Source: Azolla caroliniana
Lineage: Eukaryota; Plantae; Polypodiophyta
Direction of reading: 5' to 3'
DNA length: 64,000 nucleotides
NCBI GenBank assembly: GCA_043228905.1
Contig: JBHGNT010000001.1
Span: 27,218,001-27,282,000, forward strand
This document shows positions 17,401-32,036 of the stretch, piece by piece. Position numbers and translations under genes: made by a program. The notes beneath the pieces are model-generated. The model was given only the letters and a program-made list of their open reading frames with translations. It did no database searches and was not told where the DNA came from. Position 1 is the first letter of the stretch. Every line of letters begins with the position of its first letter.

Positions 17401-19721
17401 TTTGTTAAATTTGGTTTTCAAGTAAGTGATAATGGTCTTTGAAAATATGACACTACTTCTTGCAATGACTATTCCCCTCATTGCTGAATTGTGTGGGTCC
17501 ATGTGAATTGGCCCCCTTTAACGTGGGTGGAATGAGAGGTCACATTAGTTATAGACAATGGACAATATTGAAAGAATTGTGAGTATGATTTAAAGAAAAT
17601 CGAAATATATTTAAATTGACATTATATGTTACCAGAGAATGCGATCAAATCATCGCCTTCACACACTCACAAATCAAAACATCACACAGATTTTATTGCT
17701 CTTAGATTTACTAGGTTATTATATCAAAATAAATAAAAGGTAAGTGGCATGACGTTGTGACTTTGAATCTTGAGAAACTAGGGTTTGGTAATGTCACCTA
17801 AGAAAATGCTCCTAAAGATGATCACATTTTCAATATGTTAAAACAAATTTATTAAAACATAATTATGTCTAGAATCTCAAGAGCAATTTCCAATTGCAGC
17901 ATGAGAAGATAATATGCGCACATTGAAATTAAAACTTTAAGAATGCCACGTATATGTCCTCAATGTGCATAACGATGCCTTTATTCTTCTTCTAGGACAT
18001 TCTTTAAACAATTTCTTGTTTTGACTAGATAACCAACTATATCTCTTGCCCATGAACAAATTTCAATTGTTCTCTTCGTAAAACCGATGGGTCTATTGTT
18101 TTGTGATAAACGTGCATAAAATGTGCAAATTCTTTTATGTGTGTCTTAGCATAGTTTAATTATGAAAAAACATGATTAATGTCGTTCTTTTGGGATGAAC
18201 TCTCTATTATTTGCAATAAGTTTATATTATATAGAATATTAAACTCCAACTCTTAGATAGAAATGTGATTCTTGCAGCCACCTTTGATTTCAAGCTTAAT
18301 CGCCCATATTAAAAGCATTGCATTCTTAGTTTTGAGTTCTTATGTTGACGAAATAAGTTACGACTTATTCCAAACGAAAGAAACGAGCAAATGTTTGTAC
18401 ATTATGTAAATAGTTTGTCACAAATAGTAAGGCATGCTAATATTTTATGTTTCTTGGTATAGTAGCCAAAGTTATAGATATAATAGGGTTTATGCTTGAC
18501 AAGCCATGAAGCGCTTGGAAAATACTTGGCCAAATTTAAAGTGAAAAGGACATGACAGTGTGGTTGAATGCAATGTGCGGGTGTGGTCACAAACAATTGC
18601 AAGATGTATTTGGTTACTGTGCACAATACAAACAATGGTATTATGTTGTAGTATCGATAGCTCTTTTCAGTTCATACTAGCAAATTTTGAAAGTCCAATT
18701 AAAGAATTCATGTATGAATCATATGGCCATTCCCCCAAGCAAATATGGAGATATCCTTCAAGAGAGTAATCAAATATTAAGAGAATTCGCCACTAATGAT
18801 CATCCCAAGAGAGAGAGAGAGAGGTTCAAATTAGGGCAGCTATCTGCAATCTATGATCATTAAAATGTGACCAACAATGTCCTTATGCAATTGGCCAATT
18901 TTCATGATCATAATAGGACAAGGCTGTATGAATGATATGTTAGAATGTTTGGGAGGGGTCACTACTATATGAACTATGAGAAGTGAAACACTTTATATAT
19001 GATGCCTATTGAGAAGTGTGTGCCACAAAACTCGCTCCTTGAGCCCTACATAGAACAAACAAACTCATCCTACTCATGTACTTCGAGAATGGACATTACA
19101 AATGGCTATATTCCCAGACATGATACCCATTATAGAATTGGTGGTGGATTTGGCCTAGTTTGCACATACTCCCTCCCTCCCTCTCCTTTTCGACCCAACA
19201 TGATGAAGTCAATGACTTCGACCTTACGAAGAAATGTGTCTCGAAAGCGCATCACAATGGATTTTCAAAATGGACCGGGCAACATAATGGAATAGATCCC
19301 ATATGTCCGGCATATTTCCTTGGTGTCGTCGTGGTAAGACACGGTGTGCTCAACGGTGTGCTCAAGGATGGATGGGAGGAGGGTGGGAGAGAACCATACT
19401 GTGCTCAAGGAGAAGGAAGAAAGTGGAGACAAAATTTGAATTACAATTTTGTATAAAACAAAAAGAATAGAGTATAAATATATAGGTATATAGATTATAT
19501 ACCGGAAGTACAAATCAAAGAGATCTCATGTCTCTCTAAGAAGAAGAAGAAGAAGAAGAAGAAAGAAGAAATGATGGTAACTAACCACCAATCCAATCTT
19601 CCTTCCACCTTCCAAGTGGCAAAAGATCCCCCCCTCCCTATCCCTTGCCAATGAGGAGCCGCCACATGGTAGCACGCGCTAATGAACGAGCGGCACGAAT
19701 CGGGCAGGCGGCACGAGATCA

Positions 19722-22700
19722 TTACGCGCGCGCGATGTCGAATTTCTTCACCGCTTTCTTCCAGACATTGGAGAGGGAGGCGCGGAATCCCGACTCGTTC
19801 GCATTCGGGTCCCCGCACTCTCCTCCCTGGACTAAACTGCCGCCACTCTTCTTCTTCGATGGTGTCGAGATAGCCGCCACCGCCACACATCTCTCTTCAA
19901 CTTCCTCCCCTACTTGTTGTCGTTCTTCTTCTTGTCCTGTTTCAGCCCTTCGCCTCCTCTCCCGGCCCCTCTCGACGATGACACCCGAACCCGAGCTCGT
20001 GTTGTTCCGCTTCACCATCATCGTCTTATCCACCTTCCTCGCCAGCCCTCCGCCATCCCCTCCTCTCTCTGACAATTGCCTCCCTAACAACCTCCCCTCC
20101 TTCCTCTCCAATGCAGGTATTTGTGGTGGTGCCCTCCCCGGTGGCGTGGACAAGCTCCTCTCCGTGCCCCCTGCTGCCGCTGCCTCCCGTCTCCGCGGGC
20201 TGCTGCTCCTCCCTCTCCAAGGCCTCGCTGCTACCGACACCGACCGATGACGGTGACGATGATGGCGGTGACAAGATTCGGTTATATCAGGCATCATCTC
20301 GACCGAGCTCTTCTCGGGGAGCCAGATGAGCTGCCCATCTTGCTTCGGTCTCATCTCGCTGCCCCCCACCATCGAGTGCCTTCGATCCTTCCACCCCGCC
20401 TTTTCATCATTCATGGAGACATGGTTCAAATCTACCAATGTCAATGTCCTTCGGGCCAATTGTGGTGGGGGTAACTCCTGGGGTTGCAATGGAGATGGCC
20501 TCGATGATGATGATGATGCGACCGAGGGCGATCCGTGATCGATGCGAAGCTGGTCCATGGGGGGGCCTTGAGAAGAAGATTCACCCAGTAAATCTTGTAA
20601 CTTAGGGTGGATCCCCGCGATCCTTTGCTGCTTGAGGCGCTCCTCCCGCTGCCTACGAGCTCGCATCTTCTCCACGAATTCGGCTTCACACTCAATCTGG
20701 AAAGCCACTTCCCCGCACTCTTCTTCTTCATCTTCTTCTTTATCTTCTCGGGCATCCCCGTCCTTGTTGAGCTTCAGCCCTGCCAAACTGGATATGACTC
20801 TGAGCTCCTCCATCTTTGAATCCTTAATTATTTCAGTATAGCCTCTCAATGATGATGATGATTTCCGTCGGGATGACAGGTGGTTTGAGTCGGGGACATT
20901 GATATTAGAAGCCACTCGTTTGAATGTTGGATTAATCGAAGGACGCCGGATCCACGGGCTCAATATGGGATGTGATTTCTCAGGTTTATTCTTCTTCTTC
21001 TTCTTCATAGTGAACTCATTGTGATCTGCATTTACTCCTACATATCTAGCCTGGTTTGGAGCATGGATTTCCTCATTTGGCACCATATGAGCCTTATTTG
21101 GAACGCTTTCCACGTTTAGCCTCATAGGTCCTCCTCTTTTTTCTAGGTCCTTTGGCTCTTCAACGTCATTTCCTTCTGGCTCTTCATCTTCTCCTTCTTC
21201 TGCTTCAGGATTAAGCAATAACTTCTTCAACCATTTGTCTAAATTGAACTTCCCCATGCGTTTGATCCTATCCTCTTCCTCTTCTTCTTCTTCTTCTTCT
21301 TCTTCTTCTTCGTCTTTGATGGCCTCAACCATGGCAGCATTCACCTTCCCTTTCATCTCCAACACCTCTTGCAAGAGCTCATCTAATTGCTCATCATCTT
21401 GTGTTCTCGGAACAAAAACCTCCTCTTCAACCTTCTTACCCGGTTGCGGAGTTTCTCCATTAAACCTCAAGGTCTCATCATCCTCGGCTTCATCACTGAT
21501 TAACCCAACGTCAAAATCACCATTATCGTCAGTGGATCCTTCTTCTTCCTTGGCTTCCTCATCCTCAAACAAAAATGCTTCCATATCATTCATTTCCAAG
21601 CTCTTCCTCTTCATTCCACTGTTCCCATTCAAATTCGCCGGCACCACTTTCTGTTTCCCGTCATTGTGTGATGCATACCTAATTGATCTGTTATGAGCAT
21701 CGATATTGGTTAAGGTATCCACTTCTCCGTTTTCTTCGTCCTCCAGTTCATTAGAAGCACTGTACTCTTCCTTTTCGAATGACTCGATGCTGTCTTCCTC
21801 TTTGCTCAAATCCGTGGTGGTATTATCGAAGGATTGTTCTGTAGAGAACTCTTCCTTTGCAGCTGTCCTTGATTGGTGAAACTGGGTCGGCTTAGGGCTA
21901 TCGAACGACTGACAAGGCCACTCTCTTTGGCTTCTCATCTTGGTGAGGGACGTTGGTTTCACACAAGTGCCCACATCGGTGTGTCCGACATTGCGAGTTC
22001 TTTTGATGAATTTGGGCCTAACAGATGCTTCTAAGCTTTCTCTCTGCTTCACCCTTCTCATCAGGTCCATTTCTGCTGCGTCGCATGTGGCTTTCTGAGA
22101 CTCCAGCCTAGCAAGCAATGCATTGCATGCAGCTTGATTCAGCCTTGCTTGCTCTTTGTACACAACACACCTGTATATTCAGAACAAACCAAAACCCAAA
22201 ATGGATGAAAACCCATATGATATTCATTTAAGGTTCATATAAAAAATGGATGCAAGATTTATACCTAAACTGTTTTCATAAAGAATTTCACAGACAATGT
22301 GGCATTAGAATTGTAGATCACATTCAGGATTAAAAGGTTTTTTGTCTCTAAATGCTTATATAGGTTTTAGTTATATAAATGGACATCATTAAAATATTGA
22401 CAAATTTCAAAAAGCACTTGAAGCTATTTAGCACTTACTGGTGCATTGTGTCTCTTATCATCTTGTCTAGACATATCCTGTATTGAGATTGCGTCTCGGA
22501 CCATTTCCTTTGCTTTTCCACGCGTTTCCTTTCTTTTGTGAGTATTCTCTCCAATTCCTCCAGAAGTGACTTCTCCTGGTCGTTATGGCTTCTCAACATC
22601 TTGAGCTCATCTTCCAATCTGATAAGCTCTTCTTCTTTTTGTTTTTTCTTTTCTTCTTGTGCCACTTTCAGCTTTTCTTCTTTTTGTATAGCACTAGCAA

Positions 22701-24677
22701 CTAATGAAGTGACACCCTCTTTATTCTCCTTATCCACCTTCCATTCTCCTTTCATAAGCCGATACTAGAATAAATAACATTGTGCACACGCACCCCAGGG
22801 AACATATAAATTAGTTCATGTTTCAGAAGGCATGATATCATTGGATCATAAACAAAAATCATGTATTGACCAAGCATGCATATATACCTTATCTTTGATT
22901 TGTACAGTGGATCGATTGATAAGCATCGGCTCGAGCTCTTTAATCTCTTTCCAATTCCCAGGACCAACCTTCTGCACTGCTCTTCTAAGTGCTTCTTCCT
23001 CATCAGAACTCCACCGACGCCGAACGGTCGAGCCTTTTTAAAAACACATTCAAATTTCAATCTTACATCAAGATATATATGTACATTCATCCATGCTGAA
23101 TATATGCATAGCTTGTAATGCATCTTTTACCATTATTCACAACTTGATAGGTTTGTTTTGTTGTGGTTAATGTTGTTTGATTGTGATTTAGCACCCGTAG
23201 AGTATCGTCCATAGTTTTCTGGACTTTCACGATGGCGGCTGCAGCAGGTCCCACCTGATGTTTCCTTTCACGGAAGTGTCGAGGCCAAGAGTGACACTCA
23301 ACTACAAGGGTATCGTCCAGTTGTTCATTCTCTCCACCTTGGAAGAACAGTGCAAATGCTCTTTGCCTATCCCAAATCAAGAAATTGTATAACCATTCCA
23401 TGTAAAAGAACTCAAATGTTCTTATATATCTACGATCAGAATCCGTCCTGAAAAATAACTTCCATGAATGTGGACCCATTCAGTACCGATTTATCTAACC
23501 TGAAGTCAGCATTTTTAGAAGAGAATGCGCAGAGAAATTGATTGACCGAAATGCCGATTTGAAGATCCCACCAAGGTACCAAAAACTCTAGTTTTGTTCC
23601 TTTCCTTTGATTCACTTGCCATTGCACAATGCGAAGGTTTCCGACAACTGTCTTTCCTCCCCCTATTTACACCATATAGGATTAAATATCAAATTTGATC
23701 TGGAGGATTCTAGCCACACAACATTCAACATTCATTATTAAGGCCCAACCACCCCCAAAAAGTGTTAATGTATGTATATGCCTGTAGCCATCCCTGTACA
23801 TAATCTGAAAATTGAAAATTTTCATTGAAAGATATGGTAATTATAGCAATGAAATTTGCACATACTTGAATGAGGAAACCAATGATCAACTTCCCAAGCG
23901 AGTGGGGAGGCAGGGTCGGCATTCCAATAGACAACGTTGCCATACATATCGATTCGGAATTTAGCGGGGTCAAATCCAGCATTTCTACATCAAAGAATCA
24001 CATCATTGTCTTATGGATCTTGATTTATCATAATCACAACTTATGGAGTGATAAATGTCTTGGCAAGTGTTAGGATCCTACACATTGCTATGTTAATAGA
24101 TCATGGTGTGCAGTTATTAATGGATGGGATTCCCTTGGCTTTTCTTCAACCCATTAAGAATGTGTAATCGTGTGGATGATCATAGAAAGAACATAACATA
24201 AAAGAAGAGTATGAAAAGCTAACCCTAAGTGATCCAGTTGTTGCCATAGAAAATCAGCGTGTTTTCTCGCATTCGCCAGGTCTCTCTCCTCTTCATTAAC
24301 GTAAGGAAACAATTCATCGAACTCTTTGAGCTTATTCATCTTCTCAAGAAAAAAGCAAGTAATCAGTCACAAAACATTTTTTTGATTTTTCCAACATAGC
24401 CTAAAGTAAGATCCAACTTCAAAGGTTTGTGGAAGCATAGCCAAAGATCTAAATTTTTAGCACGGGTGGAAGAATCGCTGAGTCAAAAGCAATATCATAC
24501 CTCTTCTTCTAAAGGCGAATAAGGTTGAAATCTCTGAGGAGGACCTTCTGTATAAGGTGTGATAAGCCCTTGCATCTGTATATAGGCGTGCCGACAAAGC
24601 TTTCCATAGCCTCGAGGATAACCTAATTGATTGTCCACTACTCGTTCTTCCTCTGTTAACACCGTTTTAGCGAACAT
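19722..24677 (-). CDS. Uncharacterised ~1243-aa protein: HNH-like nuclease motif, telobox-like Myb domain, coiled-coil, acidic/disordered tail; 8 exons
   Basis: Exons 24677-24501, 24339-24224, 23984-23866, 23662-23500, 23366-23131, 23033-22888, 22764-22439, 22170-19722; GT-AG and in frame (3732 nt). Spliced sequence includes LDHLGNAGFDPAKFRIDMYGNVVYWNADPASPLAWEVDHWFPHSRGGKTVVGNLRIVQWQVNQRKG and RRRWSSDEEEALRRAVQKVGPGNWKEIKELEPMLINRSTVQIKDKYRLM, then VYKEQARLNQAACNALLARLESQK. Confidence 0.88.
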
Positions 24678-24904
24678 TTCTTCTTCTTCTTCTTTTCAAA
24701 AAGGGCCAGAAAAAGAAAAAGAAAAACACACACTCAAGTTAAGTAATAGCCAGATCTGCTGTGGTTTCAATGAGAGTACTGTTTCTCAGAGATGCTCTGT
24801 TTTCTATTTTCTGAAGAAACAGGGGAATGAAGAAAAGAACAAAAGAACAGGGGAGGAGGAGGAGGAGGAGAGTGGGCTACCAAGGAAAGAAGTAAAGAAG
24901 CTTT

Positions 24905-24906
<2 letters not shown>

Positions 24907-24948
<42 letters not shown>
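24907..24948. repeat. (CT)n microsatellite upstream of (or in the 5' UTR of) the HNH-Myb gene
   Basis: About 21 TC units. Confidence 0.9.
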
Positions 24949-24950
<2 letters not shown>

Positions 24951-27900
24951 AAATTTCAACGGCTCAACTGAACCCAAGTTCCTCCCAACGGCTAGAACTT
25001 CATTTCTTCATAGCATCATTCAAAATCCTCATAGACTCTCTCTCTCTCTCTCTCTCTTATGAGAGAATAACAAGCCACATATTGACTGATTTCTCCAAAC
25101 CCCTTTGGCTATGGTCATCATTATAAATGTTTCACCAGACACACCTATCGATTATAATCATCCATCCTGCTTTGGGGTTCTCGACCTGCATTCAGTTGAG
25201 GTCGAGGAAGAGTGTGAATATATATAAAAGTTTAGATCACCAATGAATTCAAATCTCTCAATCCTAACTGGATTGCTTCCTCGAGAAACTTTAGACCAAT
25301 CTACTAGCCTTTGTTGTGTTGAGACTCGACATTGAGATTCCCTCCAAGTTCCCAAGTTCAATCATTGGTTGTATAACCTAACAAATCCACAAAGGAATAG
25401 TTTGTTGTGCATGATCGTGAAGTTCAAATGTCATGAACTTACTTACCTTGCAATGATGACAATAACCCATATGGGCAATGTACGGATATGTTAAATCAAC
25501 ATACATCACAAGTACAAACATAATCCTCAACAAAACTATGAGCATGAGCCATAATTACTTGTGTATAACCAAATATAAAGTCATGTTAACTCCAAAATGT
25601 ACACCCAATGCCAGATATTTTTGCCTTCCAACATGTGACATTTTGTGGAATGAAGGAGGAGTAATGGGTCAATTTGGGCATAGTCTTGACAATGTTGTAA
25701 AGGAAATCCTTCTTATACCTTTCATGAAGATTCGAAATCACTCATGGATATTATCAATCTAGTTGCATGATGTGATAACCAATTGTTCAAACAACATGTG
25801 TTTGTTTCATTTCATGGCCAATGGACGATTTTTATCACAATCTAATATACCAGACATCGTCAACGAAATAGAAACTGAAAGTACCAACAAATATCATGCT
25901 AGAGGTTAGAGTTTACTTATGCCCCAATAATAACAAAACTAACTTCAAGCCCAACTCAAGCACTCAACCCCGTTCTAATAATCACCATCCCCACTTTGAC
26001 GTAAATTGTGGAGGTGTATTGTTGAGGATCTTTATCTGATGCTAAGAAGTTTGACATAACATAAATTGTTTATGTGTTTGGTCACATTGAGCCAATACAA
26101 TGAACTAACCTTTAGATTCATATTAAATTGTTGCATCAAATTTGGTGCGTATCTAGCCTATTGTGTGCCACTTGCTTCCCTAACTTAACTCCTTACTAAT
26201 GTCCTTCCTCTCTTAACTAACAAAGAAAATGAAGAAATTATTGTAAAAGTTGACTTAACCTACACTTAATCGAGAAATCATACAAAAGCTAACCAACAAT
26301 ATAGTTTGATTTCTAATGAACCACCTGTACATGAATGGAGCTAAAATATTATGAACAAAAACTTAAGACTTAAGCTCAAAAGTGAGAAGGTAAGGCTAAG
26401 ATTAGGGCAAATAGGAAGAGAGCACAAGATATTAAAGTAGAACTTTAGCTTAAGATGAGAGTAAAAACTAAATAAGAGTAAATATAGAAGATAGTATTTT
26501 CATTGATATACTTCTTTATTTTACAAGATTGGCTCTATTGTGGATAACCTCGGCATATTCTCCCCTTTTGTCCAATGAGAGGAGGCCAACAAAACAAGTG
26601 GCCATTGCAAATGTTGTCAAAGAGCTTGAAAATGGTAATGTCAAGTGAAATAAGAGCCACACCTAGATGACACTTGCAAGCGCCTTTGTAGAGGCTTCAA
26701 AAGCAAATAGTCCACCCTACTCCAAGCTTCACAACCCTCTGCACCAAGAGAAGATTACACGTGAGACAAGTTCGTTGATTGTCCAAGTTAACGTGCACCA
26801 AGAAGAGATTGCATCATTGCCCTTGACTTAATCAACTCTCCACATCATCCTTGGTTTGTTGTGACTAAATTCCACAATTTGAAAATGAATTGGCAAGCTT
26901 GTTTTATTAGGTTTGCCCTACCATATTATGAAGCAATGTAAATATAAAATATATATAACAATTATATATATAATTATAATTATAATCAAATATTCATACT
27001 CCTCAATCATTGACAAACATTTGGTTGGGCAACATTTAGAATGATCCCCATAGAAGATGCAAATCCAAAAACAATGTTATAACTCTTCAATTGCTTCACT
27101 TTTCATGTTGTTCACTAACATCCAATCAATGAAAATGAATTGTTGGATTGCACATAGCATGGTTGCACCTAAAACTCCACCAACTCCTCAATTTTGGATT
27201 ATGTTTAATGTCTAGTTGTAAAAACCTTGAAAGTATAAAATAACTTGAAAATACAACTACATAGAAGTTGGGTGTGGAATACCAAGTAGATACAAATACC
27301 AAGATAGACCTAGAGAATGCGATTTCATTGTGGGGTCACAAATAAATATAAACAAATTAAGAATGTGAGATGTGCAACAAGTGATGACACATTATTAGCA
27401 CATGTAAGGGCACCTTATTATGGGGTGGGTTGGGGATGCATTTCTGCAAAACTGAGCTATTGAACACAAGTTTGATAAGGAATTTCACTAAATCCTCAAT
27501 TATGTGATTAAACGAAATTTCATCCATGATCTTGTTAAGGAAATAACGTCATATTCTTTGTTTCCAATTTAAAATATTGGTTATAGGCCAGGTGTTTACA
27601 AGAAACATGCTCATATTGTAATATATGGGAAACTACCTTTTATTATGTAGCAATGGCTAATGCTCAATGGGCTTGTAATGTGAAATGGGCCCTTTATGGT
27701 TTCCAACTTGTGTAAAGGGGAAGAGCTCTCATGTAAAAGAGGCATTTTGAGCCCAAACTTTGGGGCTAACTTTTGGTTCTCATTCTCTCACTTTTGCATT
27801 CGCTCAGAGAACTTTCCACCATGTACCTTTTGTCCATCAATTAATCGAGATATACATTTTTTTTACTTAGAAAATTTCTATTTAGTTCAGAACTTCACAT

Positions 27901-28249
27901 ATTTTTTTTATCTCGGATCCTTTATATATACTTTATAATATAAAATGGGCATGAGACACTAAATGTCAAGCATGAAAAAAACACGGTGTGGTGTATTATC
28001 ACTACATCTATGAGAAAATTGTAGTGTGAGATAGATCTCCAAAACATCTACACCCAATAGTATATTATCATTATCTTCCCAATGGCTCTTAGAGGGAAAT
28101 AATTGGGATGATTTTTCAAATGCACTTGATCTACTAACCTTGAGGTAAACTACAAGAATTGAGAGTGTGAAATCCAAGGTGGTTATATAAATAACTATAA
28201 GACAACCATAGTAGATGTTGAAGGGAATTTTGAGAAGTCACGTTAACCA

Positions 28250-29112
28250 CACATAAGGTGTACACAAACTTTGGAGAATGTGCAAAAGTCCACCCTTATC
28301 TGCTCAAACTGACAGAGAACCATATGCTTCAAAGATATGACACACATATCATATTCCCCATACAACTATTGCCAAGTTTTGGCAGCAATTATGGAAATCA
28401 CAACACGTTGGGCGAATTACCATGTTTCAATGGCTATTAATACATAGGTCACTACCGATTGGAGTGTAACAATGTGGGATCCTTAGCTCTCCTAATTGAG
28501 TAGCGTGCCCAATGCAATAGAATCAAACCGACACACTCTATGGGATTGCCTAGAGACCCATTGAATATGGCAAGGGATTGGCCGACTATTGCAATTATGC
28601 CAGGTGCAAGGCACATTCAAGTGGGAAATGTATGTGGGCTACCATGGCAAACCCCAATTGACATATACGAACATCAAGAATGGATGACGTTGGTGATAAA
28701 GGCACAAGAGGTCTTGTTTTCCACCATCGACAATATTCACTCAACTCCCATCAATGCCAAAGCTCAAGTTGTGTTGGAATTGGTTAGCCCAATAACATTA
28801 TGGATTCTCTAGAAACAACATTGTAAGGGGGTCTTCTCCAATCAAACCGTGCACCAGGCAACGGTATTGCAAGAGATATGGAGTGAAATTGTGGCCACGC
28901 TAAAGATCCAATATGATGGCATCACAGGTGGATCCAATGGAGACAAACAACAACAATTGGCCTTCATCCAACAATGGTCGTCCTCTTTCTTTCTTGAGTC
29001 AATGGGTCTCCACATAAGATGGAACTATGGAGGAGTCCTTTCTAGGATCTATATATAACATTCTCAGCTATAAAATTGTATAACTAATGGAAGGAGTTTA
29101 AAAAAAATAAAA
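28250..29112 (+). mobile_element. 3' fragment of an L1-type LINE (zf-RVT/C-terminal region) with A-rich tail
   Basis: CPMQ..ESNRHTLWDC-like zinc motif; LVSPITLWIL*KQHCKGVF..EIWSEIVATLKIQYD..HIRWNY, homologous to the C-terminal ORFs of the other LINEs here; A-rich end at ~29100. Confidence 0.7.
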
Positions 29113-29114
29113 AT

Positions 29115-32030
29115 GAAGATTCACCTTGGTATTAATGGAAAGATGCCCAAAGGTACAATAGATTATAACCCTCATACCCACATCAACCAACATGTCAAGT
29201 ATCAAAAGCCCTCATGTAGGGTCGTTCCAAGATGGGGGGCGATAAAAGCCATCTTGGTGGAGCATATCTCCACCTTATTCTCTCTCCAAAAGAGGTGAAT
29301 ACCTCTGCCTTTTTCCAAATTTCTCGAAATTGTTGTTGTTTATGAATCACAACTGTAGGCTCACCAGTTATTGCCTCATATTGACCTCTTAGTGTATGTA
29401 AGAGCATTAACCATGTCTCCTTGACTAATTCAACCACATTATGTTTAACTTTTTGAAACACACATTTACATCTCACCTTCCACAATACCCAAACTACGAA
29501 AGAAGATATTGTAGAACAGACATTGTCCTCTTCCAAACAACAGATTGTTGTAGTATAAGAGACCTCCAATACAATGTCATGTCTTCCATCGGAGAGGAGA
29601 AGAAAATCAACAAACTCCCTTTCATAGTTCTATATTTCTTTAGCCAATCTTCCCCATCTCACAAAACCTCATGTGTACACTTGTTTACCATAAATAGGAA
29701 TCCACATTCTCAACATTATTTTCCAAACTGCCCTAGCAATAGGACATATCCATAAAACATGGTAAACCGATTCAAGGGGAGAACCACAACTATCACATTT
29801 TAAATCATGGCAATGCCCCTACATCCATAACTTCATAGGAATACCATAATGTATCAACAACCATCTAAATAACACAACTTTTTTAGGAATTTGCATGGCC
29901 CATAGCCATTTCCCATAGTCGGTTACATTACTAGATCTCCATAATTTAGAACTTGTTGGCGTAACAACCACACCCCTCCTTAGCAATTCTCTACCCATTT
30001 TTACCAAATACTGAAACAATGGGATTTGCTTACCTAGCATTTTGTGCGTTGATATGGTTTAGCATTTCCACTTACGGGGATCCCACAAAGGCGATCAATG
30101 TGCTTATTCTCATAGACCCACAATTCAGAGAGATTGTTTATATCATTTGGATGTGGATTCAACATCCATTTTTTATCTTTCTTCCACAATATACGAATAG
30201 GCAACACATTCCCTTGAGTTACAATTCCATCTTCCACAAAGAGAGAATGAAGTCGTCGAGAAGGCAAAACATCGAAGTAAAGGCATTTATGAGAGTTTTT
30301 AAAACCCATGACCCCCCAACAAAACATGTAAGGATAAAAACATACCATACCAAAATAGACTAGTTTGAGAAGGTTGAAAGGAAGACATCGTAGAGACTCT
30401 ACCCATTTCTGCATACATAATGTTCCCTTCCCCAAATTGTTCTACAAACATGGGTTTTGTTTTCCATGGCCGAAGAAGAAAAAGTCAACCAATTCCCCAT
30501 TGAATCAGCTTCACCTTTATCAAAGTCAGCCAAATTCAACCTAGTTCTCTTCCCTAACATTACTCCCTCCTCTGATGTAACTAGTGGGTTCAATATGAGG
30601 GGTTGGCGCAACCATTCCTCCGTACATGATGGTAGAGATTGGACTAAGTTATGTTTCAAATCCCACCATGCCTTCATGATACCCCTAAAAACTTATCGCG
30701 ACAAAAAATATCAATGGAATGGTTAAAATCTCTTAAAAACCACCATCTAATACTCTCTTTCCAATTGCCACCTATAGAAGGCATAACTTTAACCATTCTC
30801 TGCCTTAAGATTTTTTTCCAAGGCTCCCAAAAAATTTCCCAAAAAAGCCTTACATTGTAAAAGAGGATAAATCAATCCAAGACCACCCTCATCCTTTGGA
30901 GCTATAATAAATTTCCAAGATACCTTGGCTCTCACATATGAACAATCTTTAGATCCCCAAAGGAAATTCCTAAGAAGCCTTTGTACTTGTGATAAAGTAG
31001 AACATGAGCACAACCAAGCTGATAAAATGTACCACATGGAAGCCAACATTACTTGATTGGCAACAACAACCCTACCTCCCAATGACAATTTAGCAGCATT
31101 CCAATATAACAATTTCTTCCTTATAGCAAGTGTAAAGAATTGGGTATGATTCTTGTGTTGCGGAATAGGTGAGAGATGTGTGTGTGTGTGTGAGAGAGAG
31201 AGAGTTAGAGGAGAGAAACAAAAGATAGATTTTTGAGAGACAATACAATACTCAAGAAGATGTATATTACAAAGGAGATTAATCGACAACATTACAAAGT
31301 AGGAGGAGAGTTCTTTATATAGTCACTCTCTCTCTTCATTAACTACCGAAGCTCATGGGTCATGGGGAATGTGAAAACTCATTAGTTATGTGTCATAGAA
31401 TATGATTCTATGACACATAGTTAATGTGTAGATAAGAGTGGTGACTTTTGACCTTTGAGTGCACATTCTCAAGGGTGTGTTCACTCACTAGAGTAGGTTG
31501 AGCTTGATTCTCAACAAGCAACAAAGGAGCTACATGATCTTCCAGCGAAAGATTAATACCTACCTAACATCCCAAGTATCTTATAGGTTTACCATGCGGA
31601 ATCCATTGAAACCCTTCATGTGGACACCACAAAGGGTTTACTATGGTACCTACCCAGAACCCCACCAATTTATTCCAATTAATAACAGTCCTAGAAGCAT
31701 AAAAAAATGTATAAATAGCTTGTTGTACTCTAGAAAGATTATCATAAGAACCTTGCAAATACAAGGTTGTATCATCAACAAATTGACAATCCACAATTTG
31801 TTCCTCTAGCCCTTTTATATTCACAACATTGCTTGTAAGAAAACTACAAAAAGCTTCTGCAATCATCAAATATAAAAAAGGAGCCAATGGACATCCCTGT
31901 CTCACTGACCTCAAAATTGAAAATGCTTGGCCTAGCTCTCCAGCTACTAATACCCTACTAATAGCTGAGTTGTAAAGCGTTGAGACAGTCGTTAACCATT
32001 GATTAGGAAAACCCAACTTTTCCATGTTGA
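29115..32030 (-). mobile_element. 5'-truncated, decayed L1-type LINE (RT to 3' end), interrupted by a solo LTR
   Basis: RSVRQGCPLAPFLY, QFVDDT, IRYLG, KLSLGGRVVVANQV, APKDEGGLG, KKVVLFRWLLIHYGIP, WVLWKVRCKCVF; the 3' terminus aagattcaccttggtattaatg is shared with other copies. Confidence 0.9.
31131..31516 (-). mobile_element. Solo LTR (Copia-type family), 386 bp, inserted in LINE
   Basis: TGTAAAGAAT...GTTGAGCTTGATTCTCAACA; strongly similar to 48615-49022; the LINE frame (HVAPLL/LAIRKKL) resumes on either side; TSD imperfect. Confidence 0.85.
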
Positions 32031-32036
32031 CCCTAA

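Noticed and set aside
15270-18769. Scattered short ORFs and a possible hAT remnant near 16400-16900
   Set aside because: AT-rich random-like ORFs; transposase similarity too weak to support.
18999-19513. Short overlapping ORFs downstream of the HNH-Myb gene
   Set aside because: No recognisable motif or splice structure; possibly 3' UTR or decayed sequence.
19495-21696. Several + strand and alternative-frame ORFs (e.g. 19645-20250, 21235-21696)
   Set aside because: Antisense or frame shadows of the long GC-rich last exon; low-complexity Ser/Pro sequence.
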